IMG/VR virus record: IMGVR_UViG_3300027751_000010
Origin: an uncultured virus (IMG/VR IMGVR_UViG_3300027751_000010)
Lineage: Duplodnaviria > Heunggongvirae > Uroviricota > Caudoviricetes
Reading direction: 5' to 3' (one strand)
DNA length: 64,000 nucleotides
The translations under genes and the position numbers were made by a program. Position 1 is the stretch's first letter, and each line of letters begins with the position of its first letter. Positions 37,921 through 47,457 of the stretch are shown piece after piece. The notes beneath the pieces are model-generated. The model was not told the DNA's origin, made no database searches, and saw only the letters and a program-made list of their open reading frames with translations.

Positions 37921-38221
37921 CGAAATCTAAATCTATATAAAGTTTAAACGCACACGCATCCTTAGGAACATTAAATTCTATAGCGTAGCAGTAAATGTGT
38001 CTCAAATCCGAATACATTAAATTATATTTGGGAATGTTGCTAATCTTAGGTGCCCATTCTCTTTCTACTGTACCCTCACGTATATATCCGTCTACTTCGT
38101 ACCCTCGCCACTTCCCTGTGACATGTTTCCTGCACTGTTCTCTCACCTTCAACGTCCGCATAAATAATATTCGCGGAGGTTCCGAAAGACGTCCCAACGG
38201 AATTATGACCGTTTCCGACAT
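37907..38221 (-). CDS. hypothetical protein
   Basis: ends FNVPKDACAFKLY. Confidence 0.6.
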   Translation of the reverse strand: MSETVIIPLGRLSEPPRILFMRTLKVREQCRKHVTGKWRGYEVDGYIREGTVEREWAPKISNIPKYNLMYSDLRHIYCYAIEFNVPKDACAFKLYIDLDFDDYN

Positions 38222-38826
38222 TAGCTAAAATCGCTTCTACTTGCTAACACCTTGTCAGCAAAACCATACTTGACTGTTTCTTCCGCAGACAAGAATGTAT
38301 CTCTATCTAACATATGGATGAGTTTTTCTCTTGTCAGACCTGCTGAATTGTGCTTTAGATATAAGTCCGTCATTATATCTTTAGTACGCAGGAACTCATT
38401 CATATGCCTTTCCATATCTGATACCTTACCTTCTGTACCAGCGGATGGCTGATGAACCATTGTACGCGCTTGGGATAATACATATCGAGAGCCCGCAGCT
38501 CCAGCCTGGGCGATAAACGACCCCATGGAGCACGCCTGTCCCATAACTATTGTGGTGACAGGGCAACGAATAAATTGCATCGTATCGTAGACGGCCATAC
38601 CTGCTGTAACTGACCCGCCCGGACTATGTATATACATATTTATCGGTTTGTCAGGATTTTCTGCTTCTAGAAACAGCATCTGACCAACAATAATGTCGGC
38701 CATATCTTCGCTTACAGGTCCACGGAAAAACACAATGCGCTCCTTAAGCAACCTACTAAACAAGTCATACGACCGTTCACCATTTGCACTTTTCTCTATA
38801 ACCATTGGTACTAAGTAATTGTTCAT
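38221..38826 (-). CDS. clpP: ATP-dependent Clp protease proteolytic subunit
   Basis: GERSYDLFSRLLKERIVF, IHSPGG, ACSMG (Ser), MVHQP (His), RDTFL (Asp). Confidence 0.97.
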   Translation of the reverse strand: MNNYLVPMVIEKSANGERSYDLFSRLLKERIVFFRGPVSEDMADIIVGQMLFLEAENPDKPINMYIHSPGGSVTAGMAVYDTMQFIRCPVTTIVMGQACSMGSFIAQAGAAGSRYVLSQARTMVHQPSAGTEGKVSDMERHMNEFLRTKDIMTDLYLKHNSAGLTREKLIHMLDRDTFLSAEETVKYGFADKVLASRSDFS

Positions 38827-38842
38827 TTATTGTGTCCTTTAT

Positions 38843-38850
38843 GATAAATA
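38843..38850 (+). promoter_or_regulatory. T4-late-like promoter GATAAATA (plus strand)
   Basis: GATAAATA-CTATT-ATG. Confidence 0.7.
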
Positions 38851-38855
38851 CTATT

Positions 38856-39161
38856 ATGAAAATTCAAGAAATAATTAACGAAGATGTTGATATGAGCTTC
38901 TGGCGGGAGAAGGATGCCTTATACAACAGTGATGCTTTGCAGCATATTGAAAAACAAGAAAAGCGCCAAGCACTCATTCGTAAATTAGCTGGAGAAGGAA
39001 CTGCTGTGTTCCACAAACCAGCTCGCAAGTCAAAAGGCAAGTTCAACAACAAGCCACAGAAGAATGGACTAAAGAGTGCGGGCTGGCGTGGCAACGTCAT
39101 TGCGCGTACACACGCAGACATCCTTGATCCTAAAACTAGTGACAAGCTTCTAAACACTTAA
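38856..39161 (+). CDS. late, probably virion-associated small protein; only clear plus-strand gene
   Basis: MKIQEIINED leader, basic C-terminus, own late promoter. Confidence 0.75.
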   Translation: MKIQEIINEDVDMSFWREKDALYNSDALQHIEKQEKRQALIRKLAGEGTAVFHKPARKSKGKFNNKPQKNGLKSAGWRGNVIARTHADILDPKTSDKLLNT

Positions 39162-39943
39162 CCCTTCTCAAAAATTTGTTCAACTGCTAATGCCACAGAC
39201 GCTGCAAAGTCAGCATCGTAATACTGTGTACCTTCAGTTAGTGAATCCATATTCTCGATTGCCCACTGCCAATAACTGAGGGGCACATCAACCATCTTTT
39301 TATCTTTGTGCTTACCGAACGGCATAATTGTCGTTACAATAGGTTCATCAAGCCACGCAATTAGTTCCGCACCTACGTTACCTTCGCCACTAATAAAACC
39401 CTTCGTAATAGCTTCCTGTAACAGATGCAGGAATAATGCAGTGGTGACAATAACGTCATCTGCTGCACGGTGAGCAATAATTTCATCTGGGATTGGGAGG
39501 TCGAGCCTGTAACGCAAATAAGACAGCGTGTGCTTCTTTACAGTGTCATCGTCAGCAAACAACTTGCGCGCCATACGCAATGTGCAAATGACCTCAGGGT
39601 ATGTTACACCTTGTGCTTTGAGTACGTTGTAATCGTAAAACGCATTATGCGCAACAAGATATTTATATTCACTAAGTGATGCAGAAACCTCATCTATTTT
39701 TTCATCAAAATAATCGCAGTCAGCGACCATTCGATTCGTAATGCCATTGACCGCAGAGACTTCTGGTTCAATGGGTGTGCGTGGTTTGTAAAGTGTACCA
39801 GCACAAGGTCTAATACCCATCTCTAATGCCTCTACTACAGCATCTGCAGGCATTGCGGAAAGCTCAAGAACCTCGCAGGTAGCGAAGTCTAATCCAGTTG
39901 TTTCTAAATCAAGAACAACAGCGGTCTTTAAAAAATCTTCCAT
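39158..39943 (-). CDS. DEDDh 3'-5' exonuclease (exonuclease X-like)
   Basis: LDLETTG, VAHNAFYD, AHRAADD, MPFGKHK. Confidence 0.92.
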   Translation of the reverse strand: MEDFLKTAVVLDLETTGLDFATCEVLELSAMPADAVVEALEMGIRPCAGTLYKPRTPIEPEVSAVNGITNRMVADCDYFDEKIDEVSASLSEYKYLVAHNAFYDYNVLKAQGVTYPEVICTLRMARKLFADDDTVKKHTLSYLRYRLDLPIPDEIIAHRAADDVIVTTALFLHLLQEAITKGFISGEGNVGAELIAWLDEPIVTTIMPFGKHKDKKMVDVPLSYWQWAIENMDSLTEGTQYYDADFAASVALAVEQIFEKG

Positions 39944-39965
39944 ACATACTCCTTATAGTAATACT

Positions 39966-39994
39966 ATTGTACAGTATTATTAAGGAAATGTCAA
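39966..39994 (-). promoter_or_regulatory. sigma70-like promoter TTGACA-N17-TACAAT
   Basis: consensus; inside an inverted repeat. Confidence 0.75.
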
Positions 39995-40002
39995 GTGTAA
40001 GA

Positions 40003-40185
40003 CTAATAAGCTCCGCTGTTTTTAAACCACTTCTCACCTTTAAGAACAAAATTACCTTGCGTAATAATCTTCTTTAAAGCTTCTGTTTGACAAGCTGGAC
40101 AAAATTTCAGAGGATCATCTATAATTTTCTGGAACATTTCAAACTCGTGCATACATGTGGTGCAACGATATTGGTACGTTGGCAT
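40003..40185 (-). CDS. FmdB-family zinc-ribbon protein
   Basis: MPTYQYRC..C.HEFE..Q....PL..CP.C...L.K.I....F.LKG..W. Confidence 0.9.
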   Translation of the reverse strand: MPTYQYRCTTCMHEFEMFQKIIDDPLKFCPACQTEALKKIITQGNFVLKGEKWFKNSGAY

Positions 40186-40197
40186 TGTTATCTCCCG

Positions 40198-41658
40198 TTA
40201 TTTCTTCATCTTAAACGTCATTCTACCCTTTGGAGGCTGCGTACTAAAGAAGTTTGACTCTGCATCAAACAGAATCTCACCTGAGAACGTAGCGGGATAA
40301 ACAACGTTGAAGTCGATAAAAGATAAGGCATCGCCTCTCTTTTGTGTCTTTGCATACACCTGTATAACAGGACTCTTAGCAAGAACCTCAGAGAATACTC
40401 TTGTTGGATTCTGACTATTGAGTTTTGTAGCAACTTTCCTAGCTAGTGCAGCTAGTAATCTATAACCTAAATTGTAGTTTGGATGCATTATTGTCCTCTC
40501 TACGTTTTCTGGATTTGGATAAGTTCTAACAAGCTTTTTTAGGTTGGTTGTTAGGAGGGTTTCATCTTTGTTAAACGTCTTACCAAAGTGTTCAATGATC
40601 TTTATATCTTTGTCGCTCACAAACCCAAACAACTTGCCTAGCTTGTATACACCTTCCTTGGCTGAATTCTCAGCAAGGATTTTGATACCTGTAATTACTT
40701 CTTCATTCTTCTTTATAAATGCAGGCTTGAACTGCGCCGTGTCAAGAATCTTTGCAACCGAAAGCAAGCTTGCCGCAGCTCCACCACCACCACCACCAGT
40801 CTTAGAGCTAATAGCTACTCTAGCAGTTTGGTCGTCATCTAGCACGTAAGAGTCAACAAGTGCCTCTGTAGTGGACGTTGGAAACTGTGCAAGATCCATG
40901 TCAGACCACACCAATCCTTTAGGTGTTAGCAATTTCTCCTCAGCATCCCTATATGCACCGCTTGTAAAATTGCCTGTCAATATAGCAATAGCCGCCGCAT
41001 ACTCACCAACATACTTCTCAATCACTGCACGATGTTCAGCAGCGCCTGGGATAAACGTTTGCTCACCATTAGCAACTGCCATTAGCAATGCTGGAACAAT
41101 CTTCTTTAGCTCCTCAGGCACATCCGCTGGCATGTCTTGAACCTTCTCGATCAATTCTTCAATGGTCATTGGCTCGGAAGTAAATAGGTCGGATGGTTTG
41201 AGTGAGATTTTTTCAGACTTGGTGCTAACATCGTCTGAGGCATATCCTGTCTCACGCTGGAACTGAGAGTTAGTCCAGTTGATTCCTAATGCTCCCGGCT
41301 TAACGTTGGTTGTGTAACGCCCAAAAGCTACGTGCTTACCATCGTCTCGCTTCCATATTGTAATAGCAGCCGCTTTACTAGGTGCGTTGACCATTTTGAA
41401 ATCATTTGCGTCAATTAGGTGGGATTGCGAGAACCAATCTACAATAGCTTCTTGCGTTTTGTCTCGACCCTTTACAGGATCTTCTACTGAGCCTTTAGCG
41501 TCATCTTCATAACGTCCACCCTCTGGCGGAAAGTAAATGATATCTTGCAGCTCAATCTTCTCGCCGCGATCATTAACAAACACAGCGCCGTGTCCACCAT
41601 CAACGGCTTTCTCTCGCGCTGCGATACCACGCCCTTCTAATAGCTCTATAAATTTCAT
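40198..41658 (-). CDS. late/virion hypothetical protein, possible PD-(D/E)xK-like nuclease fold
   Basis: leader MKFIELLEG; FP....ALVDSYV...AISSK. Confidence 0.65.
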   Translation of the reverse strand: MKFIELLEGRGIAAREKAVDGGHGAVFVNDRGEKIELQDIIYFPPEGGRYEDDAKGSVEDPVKGRDKTQEAIVDWFSQSHLIDANDFKMVNAPSKAAAITIWKRDDGKHVAFGRYTTNVKPGALGINWTNSQFQRETGYASDDVSTKSEKISLKPSDLFTSEPMTIEELIEKVQDMPADVPEELKKIVPALLMAVANGEQTFIPGAAEHRAVIEKYVGEYAAAIAILTGNFTSGAYRDAEEKLLTPKGLVWSDMDLAQFPTSTTEALVDSYVLDDDQTARVAISSKTGGGGGGAAASLLSVAKILDTAQFKPAFIKKNEEVITGIKILAENSAKEGVYKLGKLFGFVSDKDIKIIEHFGKTFNKDETLLTTNLKKLVRTYPNPENVERTIMHPNYNLGYRLLAALARKVATKLNSQNPTRVFSEVLAKSPVIQVYAKTQKRGDALSFIDFNVVYPATFSGEILFDAESNFFSTQPPKGRMTFKMKK

Positions 41659-43224
41659 TTAGTCGAACCTAAATCCAAGATCGTCATCGTTATAATCTTC
41701 AAAGTCTATGCCAAGGTCGCTTAGGTCTTCATCCGGAGCACCGTAGCCATATTCTAAATCATCGTCGTCACCTAGGTCAACCATTGCGTCTGGGTCGTCA
41801 TCCTTGTTCTTTGGTATACGTGCCTCAGTTACTTCTATGCGATCATTTAGCTGGGAAATAATATCTTCTTCATCATAGTAAATGCCTTGCGCCATCAAAT
41901 CGTTTTGATCTGGCCAATCAATATCATCTACTTTATTATCAAAGACATGGAACTCAATTTCAAATTCTCTTGAACCGCCGTCTTGATCTGTACCAAACAC
42001 CGTAGCAGTTTCCCAAAAGCCGCGTCCATGGTCATTGCTTTCGTAGAAATCATAATCATCGCTCATTGGTGCAGTGTCAGACATGTCTCGGTCAAACGCT
42101 TGGAGATTGATTTCGTCATAGTCCTCAGCATAGTCCTCAGCATCCCACGCATCCTCAGGACATTCGCAAGGATCACAATCACAGTCAGCGCAATGTACTT
42201 CTTCCATACATTCAGTTACACCAAACTCGATACCATACTCATCTAAATAATCAGCTATTATATCATATTCTTCCCACTCATCTTTCGCAATATCGGCGTT
42301 GATCTTATTAACCATTTCTTGCGGAAGTTCCGAAGGAACAAATGGTTGCGGATGAGGAGTGTAACCACTAGCCCCATCAGCTTGAGAATTTAACCAATCA
42401 GCAAGTGATCTACGTGTGAATTTTATAGGGCCGTAATCTTCCGACAAAATAGACTCTGCAAGCTTGTCTAACTTAATGTCCTTCCATGCTACACCTTCAA
42501 AAACTGCGTCTTCATCGCGCAATGTCATTGCAGGCTTTGTGCCGCGTATGCGTATGCTTGCACTGTTACCGTATGCCATCCTGTATTCTCTTGCCAAATA
42601 TTCTGCTTCTTCTAAATCATCGGCTTCGTCAACAACCTCAAGCTCAGGATCACCTTGCCATTTTGCAACAATTTCATATGTTGGAAGTTCGTCGTCTCGC
42701 CAGTCACTGGCATCGTCTCTCATATCATTTATGCCACGCTCTTCTTCAATTTCGCTTGCATCACCGCCCACCTTAATTGGGTTTTCCCATGAGTCTGGCG
42801 GCGGGTACTCTGCCGAAAGTTGGTCAACAACCCTATTCCAGTTTCTGGCAAACGCCTCTTCATTAGTAGGTGGGATTTCGTGTTGTAGCCAATAAATATG
42901 AGACATTAATACCTGTGGATCATTTTCCCACCATATACGCTTTGGTTTGATGGAACTCATCATACTGTCGGTTTCTGTTGCTTCTCTTACTTTCGATGGG
43001 TTTGGTCCACCGAAGATATCACCAACTTCGCCGCCTGGAGTATTGCCCACAAAATATTTTTCAGGTTCTGCCTTGCGTAATTTTCGCATAGCACCTGCAC
43101 TACCTTTCTTGACAATCTTGTTATCTGATTTTTGCACAAGTGCGTACATTGTGCTCTTTGGAATGGATTCATCCATCACACTAAGGAATTTCTTCATCTC
43201 ATCTAATCTTTTACGGCTGTCCAT
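41659..43224 (-). CDS. very acidic late protein, probable internal head polyprotein
   Basis: D/E-rich; repeated hydrophobic-x-E sites; late promoter. Confidence 0.65.
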   Translation of the reverse strand: MDSRKRLDEMKKFLSVMDESIPKSTMYALVQKSDNKIVKKGSAGAMRKLRKAEPEKYFVGNTPGGEVGDIFGGPNPSKVREATETDSMMSSIKPKRIWWENDPQVLMSHIYWLQHEIPPTNEEAFARNWNRVVDQLSAEYPPPDSWENPIKVGGDASEIEEERGINDMRDDASDWRDDELPTYEIVAKWQGDPELEVVDEADDLEEAEYLAREYRMAYGNSASIRIRGTKPAMTLRDEDAVFEGVAWKDIKLDKLAESILSEDYGPIKFTRRSLADWLNSQADGASGYTPHPQPFVPSELPQEMVNKINADIAKDEWEEYDIIADYLDEYGIEFGVTECMEEVHCADCDCDPCECPEDAWDAEDYAEDYDEINLQAFDRDMSDTAPMSDDYDFYESNDHGRGFWETATVFGTDQDGGSREFEIEFHVFDNKVDDIDWPDQNDLMAQGIYYDEEDIISQLNDRIEVTEARIPKNKDDDPDAMVDLGDDDDLEYGYGAPDEDLSDLGIDFEDYNDDDLGFRFD

Positions 43225-43254
43225 GGACTTCTCCTAACATACGGGCTTTGTATG

Positions 43255-43262
43255 TATTTATC
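43255..43262 (-). promoter_or_regulatory. T4-late-like promoter GATAAATA
   Basis: intergenic tatttatc. Confidence 0.7.
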
Positions 43263-43280
43263 AATTACCTCTAAATTATG

Positions 43281-43595
43281 CTAGTGAAGATATCTAGGAA
43301 TATAGTAGAGAATATCTAGATCAGTTAAGTCATGTGGAGAGGAAGATGTTAACCGTTGAATTAGCTCATCTAGTTGTGTGCGAAGCCGATCTGGTTCTAT
43401 CTCTTCAGATAGTTTAGGGTCAATTGCTATCAGCAAATTGGCCTTCACACCCTCATCACGGAAGTAGTCCAATAGTTCATACTTTGCAAACGATTCGCCT
43501 GAATCAGCTACCAATAAACCAGCAAATTCAGCATCTACATACGCTACTATGACTGACTGATTTCTAAAATAATACTCATTTGGGATCAGTGACAA
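43281..43595 (-). CDS. hypothetical protein
   Basis: ORF downstream of ftsH. Confidence 0.55.
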   Translation of the reverse strand: MSLIPNEYYFRNQSVIVAYVDAEFAGLLVADSGESFAKYELLDYFRDEGVKANLLIAIDPKLSEEIEPDRLRTQLDELIQRLTSSSPHDLTDLDILYYIPRYLH

Positions 43596-45372
43596 TTTGC
43601 GTAAACTCCTCAGCGTTAATGGTTTCTTTTTCTATTAACAATTCGGCTACGGCATCTAGTGTTGCACGATGCTCCTTCAAGATATTTATCGCTTTTGTGT
43701 ATGCTTCGTTCACTAGGCGGGATATTTCAGCATCCACCCGCATTTTACTCGTCTCAGACAACACAAACGACTCTTCCATATTGCTCTGTTTGAAATTCAT
43801 CAACCCTGCTTTACTAAATCCCCACTTCGTTACCATATTCCTTGCTATCTCAGTAGCACGTTCCAAGTCATTACTAGCACCTGTTGTAATGTGCTTCTTA
43901 CCAAACACAAGTTGTTCTGCTGCTCTACCACCCATCAAACTAACCATCTTACATTCCAGGTAAGTGTGGCTGTGGCTGTACCTATCCTTTTCAGGCAAAT
44001 ACATCGTCATACCTAACGCACGACCACGCGGCACAATTGACACCTTGTAAATAGGATCGTGCTCTGGCATATGGAACCCAACAATAGCGTGGCCTGCTTC
44101 GTGGTATGCTGTCGTTCTAATTTCCTTTTTGTCCATTTTGAGAGACTTTTCTTTGCCCATCAAAATACGATCTCGCGCCTTTTCCATATCAGCCATTGTT
44201 ATGGTGTTTCGATCATCCTTCGCAACAATCATTGCAGCCTCGTTAATGAGATTTTTAATTTCAGCACCACTGTAACCAGGCGTACCTTGTGCAATGGCGT
44301 GCGTATCAACATCGTCGGCTGCTTTTTTTGCTGCTAGGTGTACTTTGAGGATTTGCTCTCGAGCATCAATGTCTGGTAGACCAATTGGAATCATTCTGTC
44401 AAAACGACCTGGACGTAGCAACGCACTATCTAACGTGTCCGGTCTGTTTGTTGCAGCAATAACAATGATACCTAAGTTTTGATCGAAGCCGTCAAGCTCC
44501 ACCAATAATTGATTCAGCGTCTGATCTGCTTCTCTATTGCCACCAGCAAACCCTGTGCCACGTTTGCCACCCACAGCATCAATTTCATCCAAAAACAATA
44601 ACGCAGGTGCCGCTGCACGTAATTGCACAAACATACTTCGCATACGTTTTGCACCAACACCCACAAACATTTCTACAAACTCTGACCCACTGATCGTAAA
44701 GAAAGGAACGCCAGCCTCACCTGCAATAGCGCGGGCTATCAGCGTCTTGCCTACACCCGGCGGACCATACATCAAAATGCCTCGAGGAATCTCAGCGCCA
44801 GCCTTCCAGTATTTTTGCGGGCTTTGTAGGAAGTCAATGATCTCACGCACCTCCTCAAAGTCACCTGGGTTACCTGCCACATCCTTTAGCGTGACCTTAT
44901 TAGCCGCAGGGTCAATAAGCTTCGCGGGGCTATCACCAAACGTAAGTATACCCCCATCACCCTTGCCTTTGTTTCTGTAGACCATAAACCACAATAGCAG
45001 TACAAACAAAACAATCGGACCAAACACCAAGAACAGTGTTCCCCATATAGAAGATTCCTTCGGCTTCTCAACTGAGACAGCTACTTCAATATCTTGCGCT
45101 GCCCGTTCTGCAATAGAGCCTAACAATCCTGAAGGAACTACAGTCTGGTGTATTTGGTGGGTAGGATCATCACGTAGCATATACATGATTGTTTTTTCGT
45201 CATTGAGGATATATAACGTGCTTAGGTTGTCTTGGTTTAAAACATAAAACCCGTAAGACTTTACGCTTTCTTTTACATCAACCTTTGTATATATATGGTA
45301 TGCAACACTAAGACTTGCTATAGCTACCAGTATGCAAGCAGCCATAAATATATTACCATTGCGCCTCTTCAC
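43576..45372 (-). CDS. ftsH: ATP-dependent zinc metalloprotease FtsH
   Basis: two TM helices, [32 protein letters not shown]. Confidence 0.97.
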   Translation of the reverse strand: MKRRNGNIFMAACILVAIASLSVAYHIYTKVDVKESVKSYGFYVLNQDNLSTLYILNDEKTIMYMLRDDPTHQIHQTVVPSGLLGSIAERAAQDIEVAVSVEKPKESSIWGTLFLVFGPIVLFVLLLWFMVYRNKGKGDGGILTFGDSPAKLIDPAANKVTLKDVAGNPGDFEEVREIIDFLQSPQKYWKAGAEIPRGILMYGPPGVGKTLIARAIAGEAGVPFFTISGSEFVEMFVGVGAKRMRSMFVQLRAAAPALLFLDEIDAVGGKRGTGFAGGNREADQTLNQLLVELDGFDQNLGIIVIAATNRPDTLDSALLRPGRFDRMIPIGLPDIDAREQILKVHLAAKKAADDVDTHAIAQGTPGYSGAEIKNLINEAAMIVAKDDRNTITMADMEKARDRILMGKEKSLKMDKKEIRTTAYHEAGHAIVGFHMPEHDPIYKVSIVPRGRALGMTMYLPEKDRYSHSHTYLECKMVSLMGGRAAEQLVFGKKHITTGASNDLERATEIARNMVTKWGFSKAGLMNFKQSNMEESFVLSETSKMRVDAEISRLVNEAYTKAINILKEHRATLDAVAELLIEKETINAEEFTQIVTDPK

Positions 45373-45566
45373 TGTGCTAACTTGTCTTTCTTATATTGTG
45401 CATGAGACCTGTAAGCAAGCTTGTGACAATCATCACAATAAGGTCTACCTGGTGCTACGGGCTTTCCGCAATCATAGCGTTCGGGCGTGTCAATGTTAAA
45501 AATCCATTCGCAGGTTCTTGCGCGCCACGCACCAATGGTTGCATCCCAATCAGTCATTTCTCTCAC
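45369..45566 (-). CDS. GcrA C-terminal-like zinc domain protein
   Basis: TCEWI...CG.P...G.PYC..CH..AY. Confidence 0.7.
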   Translation of the reverse strand: MREMTDWDATIGAWRARTCEWIFNIDTPERYDCGKPVAPGRPYCDDCHKLAYRSHAQYKKDKLAQ

Positions 45567-45605
45567 AGTATTCTCCCGTGTGTTTGTGTTGGACAGTTGT
45601 GTAGT

Positions 45606-45950
45606 TTAACGCATTTGAATGTGTTTGTCAATGTCTTCAGTAGGAAGAACCTCAACAACCACAATCGAATTTCCCTCTCGTCTCGCTTGTATAATAGCGT
45701 GTGAGAGTTCGAAGGCATCTTTTGGAACGCAGTACCAGGTAATTGCATACGGGCTGTTCGCAAAGCCTTTAAAATTCTTCAATACTTCTTTCATGTGTGA
45801 ACCCAGGCTCTTGTAGCTATCGTTTACGAATTCGCCGACCACCAGCTTTAATTCGGCATAGTCAATAACTCTAACCTGGCACGTCTCTTCTGTATCCTTA
45901 TCAAGGACTGTGTAAATAATGCCAATATCTTTCAAATCAAATTTTTCCAT
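45606..45950 (-). CDS. hypothetical protein
   Basis: likely start MEKFDL. Confidence 0.6.
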   Translation of the reverse strand: MEKFDLKDIGIIYTVLDKDTEETCQVRVIDYAELKLVVGEFVNDSYKSLGSHMKEVLKNFKGFANSPYAITWYCVPKDAFELSHAIIQARREGNSIVVVEVLPTEDIDKHIQMR

Positions 45951-45960
45951 TAGTAGTCTC

Positions 45961-46251
45961 TTAGGTGGAATAAAAGGACAGCGTGTGTCCATCGTTTGCT
46001 TGATAGTGTACACCCGAACCAGACCCAAAGTCAATGTCTAACGCCCAATCAACAGGGCCGTCTTTCCATATAACCTGTGCGTCAGCTTTACCTAGTCCTT
46101 GTTTGATAATCTCTTCTTTGGTTCGGACTCTAATTGTTTTCTTATTTAATCCTGTCTTAATAGCTAACTCCTCTAAGGTTAGTGCTAGTTGTTTGGCCAT
46201 CTGAAAGGCTTGAGAGTTGTTGCATAAATCCCATTGTTCTCGAGTACACAT
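45961..46251 (-). CDS. hypothetical protein
   Basis: RBS AAGGAG; W..GP.DWA motif. Confidence 0.65.
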   Translation of the reverse strand: MCTREQWDLCNNSQAFQMAKQLALTLEELAIKTGLNKKTIRVRTKEEIIKQGLGKADAQVIWKDGPVDWALDIDFGSGSGVHYQANDGHTLSFYST

Positions 46252-46305
46252 TGTGACACTCCTTCTTAAAAGAAAACATATTCATATTTTGATCACGCAC
46301 ATAGA

Positions 46306-46313
46306 TATTTATC
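46306..46313 (-). promoter_or_regulatory. T4-late-like promoter GATAAATA
   Basis: intergenic tatttatc. Confidence 0.6.
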
Positions 46314-46335
46314 GTTTTAATAAATTAGCTTCTGT

Positions 46336-46686
46336 TTAAGTATCTTCTTCTATGGTAACAACAAGTGGGAAACCTTCTGCCTTAGCAGTGCGTAAACAAA
46401 CCGCACACTTTTCTTCTGCTATCTCAAAAGGATAAACGCCAACAGTAGCGGCGCCTTTGTTATGGACGGTAAGCATAATTTCCGCAGCTTCGTCCAAAGT
46501 TTTGTGGAATACGTTGACAAGTAAAAACACAACAAACTGCATTGTTGTCTTATCGTCATTGTGGAATATAACTCGCCAAAGCTTTGGTTCAGTTACTTCA
46601 AGCTCAACCTCAACATCAAATTCTATGTCAGGATTAGCCATCACCTCTTCCCAAGTCTCTTCCCAAGTCCAGATATCGTCGCCCAT
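46336..46686 (-). CDS. clpS: N-end-rule adaptor ClpS
   Basis: P.LWRVIFHNDDKTTMQFV..LL..VF...A..IMLTVH..G.A.VGVY..EIAE.K...FPL. Confidence 0.95.
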   Translation of the reverse strand: MGDDIWTWEETWEEVMANPDIEFDVEVELEVTEPKLWRVIFHNDDKTTMQFVVFLLVNVFHKTLDEAAEIMLTVHNKGAATVGVYPFEIAEEKCAVCLRTAKAEGFPLVVTIEEDT

Positions 46687-46715
46687 AAAATTGCCCCTTA
46701 GAGTGCTACATCCAT

Positions 46716-46744
46716 ATTATAACACAACTAAGGGGCAATGTCAA
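46716..46744 (-). promoter_or_regulatory. sigma70-like promoter TTGACA-N17-TATAAT
   Basis: perfect consensus; spanned by a 12-bp inverted repeat. Confidence 0.85.
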
Positions 46745-46747
46745 GAC

Positions 46748-47179
46748 TTATATCTTTTTAATTTCTATCTTTTTAGGGATTTGCTCGACGGGAATCTCTC
46801 GTTCAAATGAGATGATTAACAACCCATTGTCGAATTTTGCATCTTGTATCTTCCATCCCCCAACGATCTCAAATGTCCGACGGAAACTGCGAGCAGAGAT
46901 TCCTCTGTACACGTAGTTTTTATCTTCCACACCCTCTGTCTTTTCTTTCGTACCAGAGATTGATAAGATGTTATCTGACATTGTGATTTCGATTTCCTCG
47001 GGTGAGAAACCAGCAACCGCAAGCTCAATGTCTTGGTTGTTATCACCATGCTTCACAATATTGTGAGGAGGATAGGTTTCGGTTGGAAAGGATTTGAACT
47101 TGTCAAATAGACTGTCAAAGCCGAGGAGGTTTTTTTCAAAGTCTGCCCAAGTGGCAGGTAGGTTGGATATTCTAGTCAT
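46748..47179 (-). CDS. small heat shock protein (Hsp20/IbpA-like)
   Basis: GFD.LF, YPPHNI, IELAVAGF, YRGISARSF.RTF, NGLL.I; start MTRISN with AAGGAG. Confidence 0.95.
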   Translation of the reverse strand: MTRISNLPATWADFEKNLLGFDSLFDKFKSFPTETYPPHNIVKHGDNNQDIELAVAGFSPEEIEITMSDNILSISGTKEKTEGVEDKNYVYRGISARSFRRTFEIVGGWKIQDAKFDNGLLIISFEREIPVEQIPKKIEIKKI

Positions 47180-47259
47180 TGTCTTACTCCTTATTAGCAA
47201 GTAAAGTTTTGGGCACCATGCCCTAAAGTGTAAAGCCCGCTATCGGCACCTTACAAACT
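47180..47259 (-). promoter_or_regulatory. ROSE-like RNA thermometer in the hsp20 5' UTR
   Basis: three hairpins; the last is CUUUACUUGCU-AAUA-AGGAGUAAG with UUGCU opposite the SD. Confidence 0.7.
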
Positions 47260-47267
47260 TATTTATC
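47260..47267 (-). promoter_or_regulatory. T4-late-like promoter GATAAATA
   Basis: directly precedes the structured leader. Confidence 0.65.
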
Positions 47268-47421
47268 AAAATTCTACGTTATCATATGTTCAATGGTAAA
47301 ACCAATAAACAGTAGTCCACCAATTATTATAATTTCGCCCAACCAGAAACACATATACCGTTTCAGTTTGGTATTGAGAAGTTTATCTTTCAAGTTCATG
47401 AGCTAACCTACTTTCTGTGTT

Positions 47422-47451
47422 AAAAAATGTGAGGGGTTTTATCCCCTCACA
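47422..47451 (-). terminator. intrinsic terminator
   Basis: tgtgagggg-tttta-t-cccctcaca stem with U tract on minus strand. Confidence 0.85.
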
Positions 47452-47457
47452 TAAAAA

